Source: an uncultured Candidatus Saccharibacteria bacterium
GTDB taxonomy: Bacteria; Patescibacteriota; Minisyncoccia; UBA6257; GWB1-50-10
Length of the DNA stretch: 64,000 bases
Reading direction: 5' to 3'
Assembly: GCA_964449245.1 (NCBI GenBank)
Contig: CAYUXY010000001.1
Coordinates: 66,838 to 130,837, forward strand
Position numbers and translations under genes: made by a program. Shown here in pieces: positions 29,185-38,687 of the stretch. A model generated the notes under the pieces. That model was given only the letters and a program-made list of their open reading frames with translations, was not told where the DNA came from and searched no databases. Positions within the stretch are counted from its first letter, which is position 1. The number at the start of each line of letters is the position of its first letter.

Positions 29185-29564
29185 CACGAATGTGTGCATG
29201 AGAGCGAGCAAATCTACTTTGCTCGCGTAGGGAATTGGACGCCGGAGCATGTGTGAGTCAGTAGACGAGCACGCGAGGCGGTGACCAGTTCTATCTGCCG
29301 AAGGCAGACCCGAAAGTGAGCGTCGGCGAGCTTGAGAGGCGAGGGATATTCCCTCTCCAGGCACACGAATGTGTGCATGAGAGCGAGCAAATCTACTTTG
29401 CTCGCGTAGGGAATTGGACGCCGGAGCATGTGTGAGTCAGTAGACGAGCACGCGAGGCGGTGACCAGTTCTATCTGCCGAAGGCAGACCCGAAAGTGAGC
29501 GTCGGCGAGCTTGAGAGGCGAGGGATATTCCCTCTCCAGGCACACGAATGTGTGCATGAGAGCG
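29169..29564 (+). repeat. tRNA-linked 179-bp tandem repeat (2.2 copies)
   Basis: Units start at 29169, 29348 and 29527; each begins with the last 16 nt of tRNA-Phe; the two full units read identical. Confidence 0.95.
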
Positions 29565-29630
29565 CTTGTCTCGCCGAAGCTTATTGTTTTCAATAAGCGT
29601 AGGCGGAAGATGGATATTTGCTCGCGTGAA

Positions 29631-30200
29631 CTAATACGACGGATTTTTCTCTTCTACTTTGTTTATAAAGTTTGAATATCGAGCGAGAGCGAATAACGCT
29701 CCAGAAAGTCGATTCAAAAACTGAAGCATAGCGGAGGAAATTTCAAGCTCTTTAGCCGTTTCAACAGCGAGCCGTTCAACTCTTCTCGCGAATGAACGAG
29801 CTATGTCTATTCTCGAAGATATTTCAGAACCACCGGGTATTATAAATTTTTTGAGTGGCGGTAATATTTCATCTATTTTAAAAACCATTTTTTCAAGTTG
29901 TTCGGTGTGAGAATGCGTGATGGCATTTTTTATTTCTTGTTTGAACGCTATAGCCCCGAATTCTGCTTGAGCCACAAAAAGCATTTCTTGGATTTCTAAT
30001 AGCATTTCAGAAATACCGATTATGTTGCTCTCGTTAATCCTTTTGTCTCGCTCGGCTTCGCTACGGCACCACCCGAGAGTAGAATTCAACTCATCTATAG
30101 TTCCGAGGAGTCGTATAATTGGATGGTCTTTTGATATTTTTGTACTTCCGATTGTGCATTCTCCGTTGTCTCCATTTCCAGTGAAAAAAGGTGTATTCAT
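29631..30200 (-). CDS. PduO-type ATP:cob(I)alamin adenosyltransferase
   Basis: FTGNGDNG, GTIDELNSTLG, FIIPGG, ARSFARRVER, FLNRLSGALFALAR motifs. Confidence 0.9.
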   Translation of the reverse strand: MNTPFFTGNGDNGECTIGSTKISKDHPIIRLLGTIDELNSTLGWCRSEAERDKRINESNIIGISEMLLEIQEMLFVAQAEFGAIAFKQEIKNAITHSHTEQLEKMVFKIDEILPPLKKFIIPGGSEISSRIDIARSFARRVERLAVETAKELEISSAMLQFLNRLSGALFALARYSNFINKVEEKNPSY

Positions 30201-30237
30201 ACATTCATAATATCATTTTTTTGCTTTTAAAAAACAA

Positions 30238-30265
30238 GTCCCGCCCATTTTAAAATGGGCGGGAC
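30238..30265. terminator. Perfect 28-bp palindrome, likely terminator
   Basis: GTCCCGCCCATTTTAAAATGGGCGGGAC. Confidence 0.7.
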
Positions 30266-30289
30266 AACATGCAAAATTACGAAGTGTTA

Positions 30290-30580
30290 TTAAAGATTTT
30301 CTATATCTTTATCAAGGTTTTTGAACTCCTGTTCTAAATCGTTGATGTTTATGCTATCGATTTCTTCGTTTATGACTGGTGTAGTGTCTTCCAAGGAATC
30401 TGTGGGCACATCCCCAATTTCGTTAGTATCCGCGCTCTCCTCTTTGAATGGTGTTTTGGCATTTTGCCATACGGATACCGCGATGATTATCGCAAGAATA
30501 ATTATTGCTGAAATAATCCACGCAACACTCTTCTTTTGCTTTGATGGAGACGATGCGGTCATTTGTGATTGTTCGTCCAT
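30290..30580 (-). CDS. Small single-TM protein with acidic C-terminus
   Basis: 96 aa, KQKK followed by a TM helix, acidic amphipathic tail. Confidence 0.7.
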   Translation of the reverse strand: MDEQSQMTASSPSKQKKSVAWIISAIIILAIIIAVSVWQNAKTPFKEESADTNEIGDVPTDSLEDTTPVINEEIDSININDLEQEFKNLDKDIENL

Positions 30581-30617
30581 ATTTCTAAACCAAAATTTAT
30601 GTGTCGACTTTTTATAA

Positions 30618-31550
30618 TTAATACTCGTTTATGTTCGGAATAGTTGCGAGCTCATCCGCGATCTCTTTAATTGCCTGCTTGATTGTTTGGATAGATTCAC
30701 GTATTTTCTGGAGGTCGTCAACGAGCTGATTTTTTACAACCTGAATATTAGATTTCGCCGTATCTTCCGATTCGATTGTAATCCCATATGTTTTGCCGGT
30801 TTGTATACGAAGCGCTTCTCTGGCTGAAGAGATTAGGTCCGTGACCGTTTGGATTTTTGCTCTTATTTCGCTCGTATTTGCGCCTGTTATGGAAACTTTG
30901 TCGGCTCGAGTGGCAATGTTTGCGAGTATCACTTCCATTTTTTCAATCGCAGTCGCAAAATTGCTTGTAATGCGCTCGTTCAAGGAGTTCATATTTTCAT
31001 CTATTCTGGTTATTATCTGTTGTTTCTTTTCGTCTTTGATGTTTTGCAACTTTGTTTGAAGCTCTTCTCTTTTGCGTTCGCGAATTACGGCCGCCTCCTC
31101 TTTGGTGGCACTAATGGCACTCGCAAACTGCGCACGCTTTTCTTTGATTTCCATCGCAAACTCTTGTCGCATCGTTTGTAGGATAGCTTTATTATCATCT
31201 GTAACCGATGCTTCATTTTCATTAACATTTCCGTTCGACACCGAGTCGTCATTTGCGGACGATGTTCCGTCTTCGTTAAGTTTACCGGAATATGATGAGG
31301 AATCGCTTGTCATTTCCGATCCGTCCTCATTTTTAATGAAATTTTGTATTTTGCGTACGGTTGCACGCTGTTTTAAAAATTCATTACCTGTAGAAATCGC
31401 TTTATCTTCGGAAGGTGCAATGGAATAATTTTGCATCATAGCTTGTTCTTGCGCTCGCAAAATATCCATCTCACTCGGTTGCTCTTTGGCGGAAGAAATC
31501 GAAGTCAGCATAAAACAAAAAATTATAGTTAAGATTAATTTATTTTTCAT
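30618..31550 (-). CDS. Secreted coiled-coil hypothetical protein
   Basis: Signal peptide and a long alpha-helical/coiled-coil C-terminal half. Confidence 0.75.
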   Translation of the reverse strand: MKNKLILTIIFCFMLTSISSAKEQPSEMDILRAQEQAMMQNYSIAPSEDKAISTGNEFLKQRATVRKIQNFIKNEDGSEMTSDSSSYSGKLNEDGTSSANDDSVSNGNVNENEASVTDDNKAILQTMRQEFAMEIKEKRAQFASAISATKEEAAVIRERKREELQTKLQNIKDEKKQQIITRIDENMNSLNERITSNFATAIEKMEVILANIATRADKVSITGANTSEIRAKIQTVTDLISSAREALRIQTGKTYGITIESEDTAKSNIQVVKNQLVDDLQKIRESIQTIKQAIKEIADELATIPNINEY

Positions 31551-31676
31551 ATATGTTATATATTGGTATCGCGACCTTTTGCTTATATTATATCAGAAAC
31601 TGAACGAATTTTATTTTCAATCAAGTTTTTACATATTAAGTCCAATGGGATAATATGATATGTAATAAATATTTTT

Positions 31677-33515
31677 ATGAAACACCTAAGCAAAAATCTG
31701 ATTATTACAATACTTCTTTTGTTTTTGATAACGATGGCATTTTCAACCATCTTGGGAGATGGAACAAATACCACTCAAGCGTTCACTCTGAACGAGCTTG
31801 CGTCCAAAATAACAAACAACGAAGTTTCCGGAATAATTGTTAGCGGAGAAAAATTGGATATTTCTATGATTGATGGGACAAAAGCGACAACGAGAAAAGA
31901 AAGCGAAACAAGTGTTTCTCAAACTTTGTCTAACTATGGAGTGTCAGAGGAAGCTTTGAGGTCCGTGAAACTCGAAATAAAAGAGCCGAGCGGGTTATCA
32001 TATTGGATGAGTATTTTATTGCCGGCATTTTTGCCGGTCGTTCTGATGTTATTTGTCTTTTGGTTTATTTTCAGGCAGGCAAAAACTGGCGCAAACCAAG
32101 CGTTAAGTTTTGGCAAGGTAAATTTGAGAATCTTTAGCGGAAAAAAGAATAAAGTGACCTTTAAAGATGTTGCCGGATTAAAGGAGGCGAAAGAAGAATT
32201 GGAAGAGGTGGTGGATTTTCTTAAAAATCCGAAAAAATTTCTCGATATGGGGGCGAAGATTCCGAGAGGAGTTTTGCTTATGGGCCAACCGGGAACGGGA
32301 AAGACCCTTCTCGCTCGCGCGGTTGCCGGCGAAGGAAATGTGCCGTTTTTTCATCTTTCCGCCTCCGAGTTTGTTGAAATGTTCGTCGGTGTAGGGGCTT
32401 CCAGAGTTCGCGATCTTTTTGAAACTGCGAAGAAAGCATCGCCATCAATAATATTTATAGATGAAATCGACGCTGTTGGTCGCGAGAGAGGAACGGGGCT
32501 TGGCGGTGGCCACGACGAAAGAGAACAGACGCTTAATCAGATTCTTGTTGAAATGGACGGATTTGAACGTGATACGAATGTGATAGTGATGGCGGCAACA
32601 AATAGGCCCGACGTACTTGATCAGGCGTTGCTTCGTCCGGGAAGATTCGACAGACGCGTCGTGCTTGATATGCCGGATATGAATGACAGAGAAGAAATTT
32701 TGAAAATTCATTCAGATGGTAAACCGCTCGATAATGTAGATTTGAAGCCTATCGCGGTCAGAACGCCGGGATTTGCGGGTGCCGATTTGGCCAATCTTGC
32801 AAACGAAGCGGCAATACTTGCCGCAAGATCAAACAGGAAAAAAATAACACAGGAAGATTTTTTCAACTCAATAGAAAAAGTGCTTCTTGGTCCGGCACGC
32901 AAGTCGCGTCTTATTTCCGATAATGAAAAACGGATAACGGCGTATCACGAAGCCGGACACGCGCTCGTAGCCGCAGGACTTAAAGAAAGCGATCCGGTAC
33001 ATAAGGTTACGATAATAAGTCGCGGACTAGCCGGAGGATATACACTTAAGCTTCCAATAGAAGAAAGGAGGCTTCATACAAAAGCGCAATTTATCGCCGA
33101 CTTGGCGGTTTCTCTGGGCGGATATGTTGCTGAATCAACTGTATGCGGAGATGTGAGCACGGGGTCATCGAGTGATTTGAAATATGCGACTGAAATAGCG
33201 AATAGGATTGTAACTCAATACGGAATGAGCGAAAAGTTAGGAGCTCGCACACTCGGGAAAACACACGAAATGGTCTTTTTGGGGAGAGAAATGACCTCAG
33301 AAAAAGATTATTCGGAAAAAACCGGAGAAATTATAGACGAAGAAATATCGCGGTTTATAAAAAAAGCGCTTGATGCCGCGAAAAAAATTATTGTTTCGAA
33401 TAAGGCAGCTCTGGATGCGATTGCAAAAGAACTAATTGAAAAAGAATCCATAGAGCAGGAGGCATTTAACGCGCTTATAAAATCTTTCGGAGTTAAACAA
33501 ATAAAAATAGCGTAA
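31677..33515 (+). CDS. ftsH: ATP-dependent zinc metalloprotease FtsH
   Basis: Two TMs, [21 protein letters not shown] ([18 protein letters not shown]), HEAGH. Confidence 0.98.
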   Translation: MKHLSKNLIITILLLFLITMAFSTILGDGTNTTQAFTLNELASKITNNEVSGIIVSGEKLDISMIDGTKATTRKESETSVSQTLSNYGVSEEALRSVKLEIKEPSGLSYWMSILLPAFLPVVLMLFVFWFIFRQAKTGANQALSFGKVNLRIFSGKKNKVTFKDVAGLKEAKEELEEVVDFLKNPKKFLDMGAKIPRGVLLMGQPGTGKTLLARAVAGEGNVPFFHLSASEFVEMFVGVGASRVRDLFETAKKASPSIIFIDEIDAVGRERGTGLGGGHDEREQTLNQILVEMDGFERDTNVIVMAATNRPDVLDQALLRPGRFDRRVVLDMPDMNDREEILKIHSDGKPLDNVDLKPIAVRTPGFAGADLANLANEAAILAARSNRKKITQEDFFNSIEKVLLGPARKSRLISDNEKRITAYHEAGHALVAAGLKESDPVHKVTIISRGLAGGYTLKLPIEERRLHTKAQFIADLAVSLGGYVAESTVCGDVSTGSSSDLKYATEIANRIVTQYGMSEKLGARTLGKTHEMVFLGREMTSEKDYSEKTGEIIDEEISRFIKKALDAAKKIIVSNKAALDAIAKELIEKESIEQEAFNALIKSFGVKQIKIA

Positions 33516-33524
33516 AAAAACTAT

Positions 33525-35369
33525 TTATTCGTATCCCTTTGCCTGCATTTTGAACAATCGCGCGTATGTTTTTCCGTTTTTGAGCAAATTTTTGTGTGAA
33601 TCGAATTCCCTCAATTCCCCGTTTTCTATGACGCCGATTTTATCAGCTCTTCTCACGGTTGAAAATCTGTGCGATATAAGTATAACAGTACGATCTTCCG
33701 GCAATTTTTCTAATTTTTCAAAAATTTTTGTTTCAGCTTCCGCGTCTATGGATGAAGTCGGCTCATCCAATATAAATATATTGGGCTCTCTATAGAACGT
33801 TCTCGCGAGAGCAAGTTTTTGCCATTGGCCTATTGATGGCTCCACCCCTTCAGAAAATTCTTTCCCGAGCATTTGTTCATATTTTTTGTCCCAATCGTTA
33901 ATAAAAGTCTCCGCCTCGCTGTTTTTAGCCGCGTCCTCTATTTTTTTCTTCGTTGATTTTTGGTTTGTATTGCCAAGCGCGATAGCCTCTTTTACGAGAA
34001 TGTGATATTTTGCGTAATCCTGAAATAGAGCTCCTATTTTTGAATACCAGCTTTCTATGTCGACTTCTTTTAAGTCTCTCCCGTCGATAAGAATGCGTCC
34101 TTTGTCTGGATCATAAAAGCGACACAAAAGCTTTACCAGCGTTGTTTTGCCGGCGCCATTTACCCCTACAAGAGCTATTTTTTCTCCAGGCGATATTTTC
34201 ATCGAAAAATTTTTTAGTACGCATTTTTTAGTGTCCGGATAAGCAAATGAAACATTCTCGAAAATTATTTCCGGCGTCTTTTTTGGAGCGAGTATCATTC
34301 CGTTTGCCGGTTGTTTTACCGCGGTTTCGAGTTCAAGAAGACGGAACATGTCGGAAACGAACAGACTGTCCTGATATTGATGCCCTATGTTTGAAAAAAG
34401 TCCTGATAGGGCCTGCCTCAAATCCCCTATGGAGGCCAATACGAAAGTAAGTGTTCCTATAAGGAGGTTTCCGTGAATGACTTGCATCGTAAAATATACA
34501 ATAGCGAACGCTATTACGAATTGTGAGAAGCATAACGATAAAAGATTGTATGCAAGTCGTTTTTTCTCGTTCTTTTTTTCTTCCGTCTGAAATTCTTTGA
34601 ACAGGTCTTTTATGGATAAAAAGAAATATTTGAGATTTTGAAATAGTTTAAGTTCTATAAGCGAAGATGTTGTATTGAAATGACCCTGAAATTCCCAGAA
34701 TTTTCTACGAGTTTGTGATCTTCCAAAATGTATACTCCACGTATCTTGTCCATAAATAATCTCTATAATAAGTTCAGGAAATGTTCCGACGAGTATTATT
34801 AAAAACACCCACCACTCCGAGAAAATAAGTATGATGGAAGCTATAATGACTTCTATTATGTTTTGAAATACGAAATATTGTCTGTCTACGAAATTTCTTG
34901 TCCGCCACGTTCCGTTTTCGTTTACTCTGTTAAATAAATCTTGATATTGCGGATTTTCGTGAGTCGCTATATCCAGATCGCCCTTCTTTTTTGTTACAAG
35001 AGTTTCAAATTTTTCTTCAAGAAAAAATCCAAATATTTTTGAAAGATATCCTTGTATGGAATATAAAAAAGAAGGTATGAAAGTTGCGGCAATAAGTCCG
35101 CCTATTATTAGAAATAATTCAATATTCGGGGAATATCCGTCAGATATCGGTATTAGTTTATTAATAAGAAGTCCGCGAAAACCGGACTGCAAAAAAGGAG
35201 CGCCCGACACTATAAGAAATATGATTCCCAAAAGAATCATGGAATTTCTTTTTTCTCTCCATAGTAATTTACTTAGTTTCAGACTGTTTTTGAACATATC
35301 AAAAAACAATGAAGTCGAAAAACTTCTGATATCCGAAGCATTATTTTGTTCGTCATTTATAGTGCTCAT
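33525..35369 (-). CDS. ABC exporter (fused permease/ATP-binding)
   Basis: TM domain plus GVNGAGKTT, Q-loop LFQD, variant signature PSIGQWQ, ILDEPT, ISHR. Confidence 0.9.
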   Translation of the reverse strand: MSTINDEQNNASDIRSFSTSLFFDMFKNSLKLSKLLWREKRNSMILLGIIFLIVSGAPFLQSGFRGLLINKLIPISDGYSPNIELFLIIGGLIAATFIPSFLYSIQGYLSKIFGFFLEEKFETLVTKKKGDLDIATHENPQYQDLFNRVNENGTWRTRNFVDRQYFVFQNIIEVIIASIILIFSEWWVFLIILVGTFPELIIEIIYGQDTWSIHFGRSQTRRKFWEFQGHFNTTSSLIELKLFQNLKYFFLSIKDLFKEFQTEEKKNEKKRLAYNLLSLCFSQFVIAFAIVYFTMQVIHGNLLIGTLTFVLASIGDLRQALSGLFSNIGHQYQDSLFVSDMFRLLELETAVKQPANGMILAPKKTPEIIFENVSFAYPDTKKCVLKNFSMKISPGEKIALVGVNGAGKTTLVKLLCRFYDPDKGRILIDGRDLKEVDIESWYSKIGALFQDYAKYHILVKEAIALGNTNQKSTKKKIEDAAKNSEAETFINDWDKKYEQMLGKEFSEGVEPSIGQWQKLALARTFYREPNIFILDEPTSSIDAEAETKIFEKLEKLPEDRTVILISHRFSTVRRADKIGVIENGELREFDSHKNLLKNGKTYARLFKMQAKGYE

Positions 35370-35427
35370 TTTTTATAAATATTAAAAACGACTATTTTAA
35401 TGTCGATCGGCAAGAAAAGAATCTTTG

Positions 35428-35499
35428 TGCGCGTGCCAGGACTCGAACCTGGAACCGACCGTGTATAAGACGGTTGCTCTACCATTGAGCTACACGCGC
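35428..35499 (-). tRNA. tRNA-Ile(TAT)
   Basis: GCGCGTG/CACGCGC acceptor stem, anticodon arm ACCGT-CTTATAC-ACGGT, T-loop TTCGAGT, discriminator A. Confidence 0.92.
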
Positions 35500-35627
35500 C
35501 CCCGCATTTTTAGAGTGTATCACTGATATTGCGTGAGTGACAAGATGCGCGAGACGGTACTTTATTTACGCATATTTTTATTATAGGATTATACGCGGTA
35601 TTTAATATGTGAAAGTTTGCGGGTAAT

Positions 35628-35701
35628 GGGCGGTTAGCTCAGTTGGTTAGAGCGACTCGTTTACACCGAGTAGGCCCGGGGTTCGAATCCTCGACCGCCC
35701 A
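35628..35701 (+). tRNA. tRNA-Val(TAC)
   Basis: GGGCGGT/ACCGCCC, anticodon arm ACTCG-TTTACAC-CGAGT, T-loop TTCGAAT. Confidence 0.95.
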
Positions 35702-35803
35702 CTAAAATCTTTTATATTTAAACGACAATATTCGTTGTTTAAATATATTTGACAGCGTCGGTATATAATCGTACCGTGAAAAAATGCGCTTACCGCATAC
35801 ATT

Positions 35804-36373
35804 ATGGATAAAATAGTATTCGATATAGAAACGCAAAATACATTCGCCGATGTCGGAGGAGAGGAAAATATGGATAAATTCAAGATATCCGTAGTCTGCG
35901 CGTATTCTTATGACAATAATAAATATTATTGTTTTGAAGAGAACGAATTAGAGGGGCTTGGAGAAATGATGAAAAACGCCGGACTCATCGTTGGTTTTTG
36001 GAGTAAGCGTTTTGATGTGCCTATTTTAAACAATTATTTCAAATTTAATCTTGCCGCGATTCCTCATTACGATATTTTAGACGAAATAGTAAAAGCTTGG
36101 GGCAGACGCATCAGTTTAGATTTACTTGGCGAAGCAAATCTTGGAATACGAAAAACAGGACACGGCCTCGATGCGATTGATTGGTATAAAAATGGCGAGA
36201 TGCAGAAGTTAAAAGATTATTGTACCCAAGATGTAAAAATTACCAAACAGATATTCGATCTTATCAGAACGCAAAAATATTTATGGATACCTCAGAGAAA
36301 TACGCCGGAAATGGCTAAAGTTGAACTCGAATATCAAGAACCGGAAGTTCCTCCGCAGACGACCCTTTTTTAA
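35804..36373 (+). CDS. RNase H-like (DEDD, YprB/RNase_H_2-type) 3'-5' exonuclease
   Basis: IVFDIET, GFWSKRFDVPIL and YCTQDV exonuclease motifs; C-terminal QTTLF. Confidence 0.82.
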   Translation: MDKIVFDIETQNTFADVGGEENMDKFKISVVCAYSYDNNKYYCFEENELEGLGEMMKNAGLIVGFWSKRFDVPILNNYFKFNLAAIPHYDILDEIVKAWGRRISLDLLGEANLGIRKTGHGLDAIDWYKNGEMQKLKDYCTQDVKITKQIFDLIRTQKYLWIPQRNTPEMAKVELEYQEPEVPPQTTLF

Positions 36374-36402
36374 TTAAGGCAAAAAGTTTGTATAGTAAAT
36401 AT

Positions 36403-36501
36403 ATGTTTATGAATCCAAAAAAACATAAAATACTTGTCTCAATTGTGGTTGCGTTTTTGGCCCTGATGCTCGTATTAATGTATATGCCGATGTTCTTTTA
36501 G
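36403..36501 (+). CDS. Small (32 aa) single-TM protein
   Basis: MFMNPKKHKILVSIVVAFLALMLVLMYMPMFF; TATAGT -10 ends 6 nt before the ATG. Confidence 0.55.
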   Translation: MFMNPKKHKILVSIVVAFLALMLVLMYMPMFF

Positions 36502-36594
36502 TTATTGGCAAGCGCGTTTAAGTTGACCGGTGTCTTTATAAAAATATAGTTACTGTCTGTGGCGGTTTTTTTGTTTTTGCGATACATTATTCAT

Positions 36595-37818
36595 ATGAAG
36601 GATAAAGAGATTTCAGCGTTAATTAAGCAGGAAGAAAAAAGACAATCGGAAACGATTGATTTGATTGCCTCTGAAAACTTTGTATCTCCGGATGTGCGCG
36701 AAGCTCTTGGTAGCGTATTTACCAATAAATATTCCGAGGGATACCCGCATTCCCGATATTATGCCGGAAATGAGAATGTCGATAAGGTAGAAGAATTGGC
36801 CCAGTCGAGAGCTCTCAAGTTGTTCAAATTATCAAAAAAAGACTGGAGCGTGAATGTTCAGCCGTATTCCGGATCGCCGGCAAATCTCGCAATACTTCTG
36901 GGGCTCATTCCGATAGGCGAAAAAATAATGGGAATGTCTCTTAATATGGGAGGTCATTTAACGCACGGGCATCCCGTTAGTGCGACAGGAAAATTATGGA
37001 ATCAGGTTCCTTACGGAGTAGATAGAATAACAGGCGAAATTGATTACGGAGAACTATTAAATATTGCGCTTATTGAACGGCCAAAATGCATAATAGGAGG
37101 AGGGACCGCGTATTCGCGTATAGTAAGTTGGAAAAAGCTTAGAACTGTCGCTGATGAAGTAGGCGCAATTCTCTGTGCTGATATGTCTCATTTTTCAGGA
37201 TTGGTAGCTGGAGGCGTATATCCGTCACCGTTTCAATATGCGGATGTTGTAATGACAACAATGCACAAGACTCTTCGTGGCCCGAGAGCCGGAATTATTT
37301 TTTCGAAATCGGATTTGTCGGTAAATATAAATAAGGCGGTATTCCCCGGACTTCAGGGCGGTCCGCACATCAATCAGATTGCCGCTATCGCAGTTGCGCT
37401 CAAGGAGGCTATGGAACCGTCTTTTAAAAAATATACGGAGCAGGTTGTAAAAAATGCTAAATCTTTATCAGAAGAACTGGAAAAATTCGGATTTCGAATA
37501 ATTTCCGGAGGTACCGATACTCATTTGTTTTTGGTGGATACAATGGCTCTTGGCGCATCTGGAAAAACGGCGAGTGAAAAACTTGAAAAAATAGGAATTA
37601 TCACAAATAAAAATGCCATACCATTTGACGAAAGAAAGCCGGCAGACCCATCCGGAATTCGTATAGGTACTCCTTCCGTAACAACGAGAGGCATGAAGGA
37701 AAAAGAAATGAAACAGATTGCTGATATTATAATGTGTGCGATACTTCATAAAAATACGATTTCGGCGCTCTCTGATCGCGTCAAAAAATTGACCGCAAAA
37801 TTTAAGGTTAAATTATGA
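36595..37818 (+). CDS. glyA: Serine hydroxymethyltransferase
   Basis: LIASENF, NKYSEGYP, GGHLTHG, PLP lysine TTMHKTLRGPR, FPGLQGGP. Confidence 0.97.
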   Translation: MKDKEISALIKQEEKRQSETIDLIASENFVSPDVREALGSVFTNKYSEGYPHSRYYAGNENVDKVEELAQSRALKLFKLSKKDWSVNVQPYSGSPANLAILLGLIPIGEKIMGMSLNMGGHLTHGHPVSATGKLWNQVPYGVDRITGEIDYGELLNIALIERPKCIIGGGTAYSRIVSWKKLRTVADEVGAILCADMSHFSGLVAGGVYPSPFQYADVVMTTMHKTLRGPRAGIIFSKSDLSVNINKAVFPGLQGGPHINQIAAIAVALKEAMEPSFKKYTEQVVKNAKSLSEELEKFGFRIISGGTDTHLFLVDTMALGASGKTASEKLEKIGIITNKNAIPFDERKPADPSGIRIGTPSVTTRGMKEKEMKQIADIIMCAILHKNTISALSDRVKKLTAKFKVKL

Positions 37819-38645
37819 AAATTGATGGAAGGCAAATAGCGGGAGAAATAATAGAAAGAGTTTTGACGAATGCAAAACATTCCGGAAGCAGGAAATTTTT
37901 TGCTGTATTTTATGTTGGAAACGATAAATCTACGGAAAGTTTTTTAAATCAAAAAGAAAAAACGGCGAAACAGATGCTCGTTGATTTTCGCCGTTATCAT
38001 TTTTTATCTTCAATAAGTCAGGACGAACTTCGTAAGGAAATATATAAAATTACGAAACATAGTAATTGCGGAGGCGCCATTGTTCAGTTGCCTTTGCCGG
38101 AGCATATCGATTTTCAATATGTGATGAACGTAATACCTCGTGAAAAAGATGCAGACGTTTTGGGAGAAAGATCCATCGGAGCTTTCTCTGCGGGGAGAAA
38201 TTCAGTTATTCCTCCGGCTGCGGGAGTGTGTGAAGAAATATGTTTACGCCACAATATTAACATTGAAAAATCCGTCGTTCTTATAATTGGGCGAGGGAGC
38301 TTAGTCGGGAAACCCGTTGCTATTTGGCTTTTGAATCGCGCGAAAGAATTAATTGTTTTAGGGAGAGAGAGCGATAAATCAATTTTGAAAGATGCGGATA
38401 TTGTGATTTGCGGAGCCGGCGCGCCGAAAATCGTTTCTCCGGAAATGTTGAAAAATGGAGCGTGTGTCATAGATTTCGGATATGGAGAAAAGGATGGAAA
38501 AATGCACGGAGATTTTGATTCGACAGACGAAGCAACCATCGAGCAAAAAAATATTATCTTTACGCCGACGCCCGGAGGAACTGGGCCGATTCTCGTGGCA
38601 AAAGTTTTCGAAAATTTTTTCAATTTAATTGAATTGCAAAAGTAA
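37815..38645 (+). CDS. folD: Methylenetetrahydrofolate dehydrogenase/cyclohydrolase
   Basis: IDGR, IVQLPLP, GRGSLVGKP, VIDFG, TPTPGGTGP. Confidence 0.92.
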   Translation: MKIDGRQIAGEIIERVLTNAKHSGSRKFFAVFYVGNDKSTESFLNQKEKTAKQMLVDFRRYHFLSSISQDELRKEIYKITKHSNCGGAIVQLPLPEHIDFQYVMNVIPREKDADVLGERSIGAFSAGRNSVIPPAAGVCEEICLRHNINIEKSVVLIIGRGSLVGKPVAIWLLNRAKELIVLGRESDKSILKDADIVICGAGAPKIVSPEMLKNGACVIDFGYGEKDGKMHGDFDSTDEATIEQKNIIFTPTPGGTGPILVAKVFENFFNLIELQK

Positions 38646-38648
38646 ACA

Positions 38649-38682
38649 AAAATCCCGCCTCTCTATAGAGAGGCGGGATTTT
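38649..38682. terminator. Bidirectional intrinsic terminator
   Basis: Perfect palindrome AAAATCCCGCCTCTCTATAGAGAGGCGGGATTTT between convergent folD and recA. Confidence 0.85.
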
Positions 38683-38687
38683 CTAAT

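Noticed and set aside
29169-29564. CRISPR array
   Set aside because: The units are identical 179-mers with no unique spacers, and there are no cas genes in the window.
29098-29593. ORFs 29098-29364, 29214-29543 and 29393-29593
   Set aside because: They are translations of the tandem repeat, one antisense across tRNA-Phe; not protein-like.
35563-35592. dif site between the tRNAs
   Set aside because: Only a loose AT-rich resemblance with wrong spacing.
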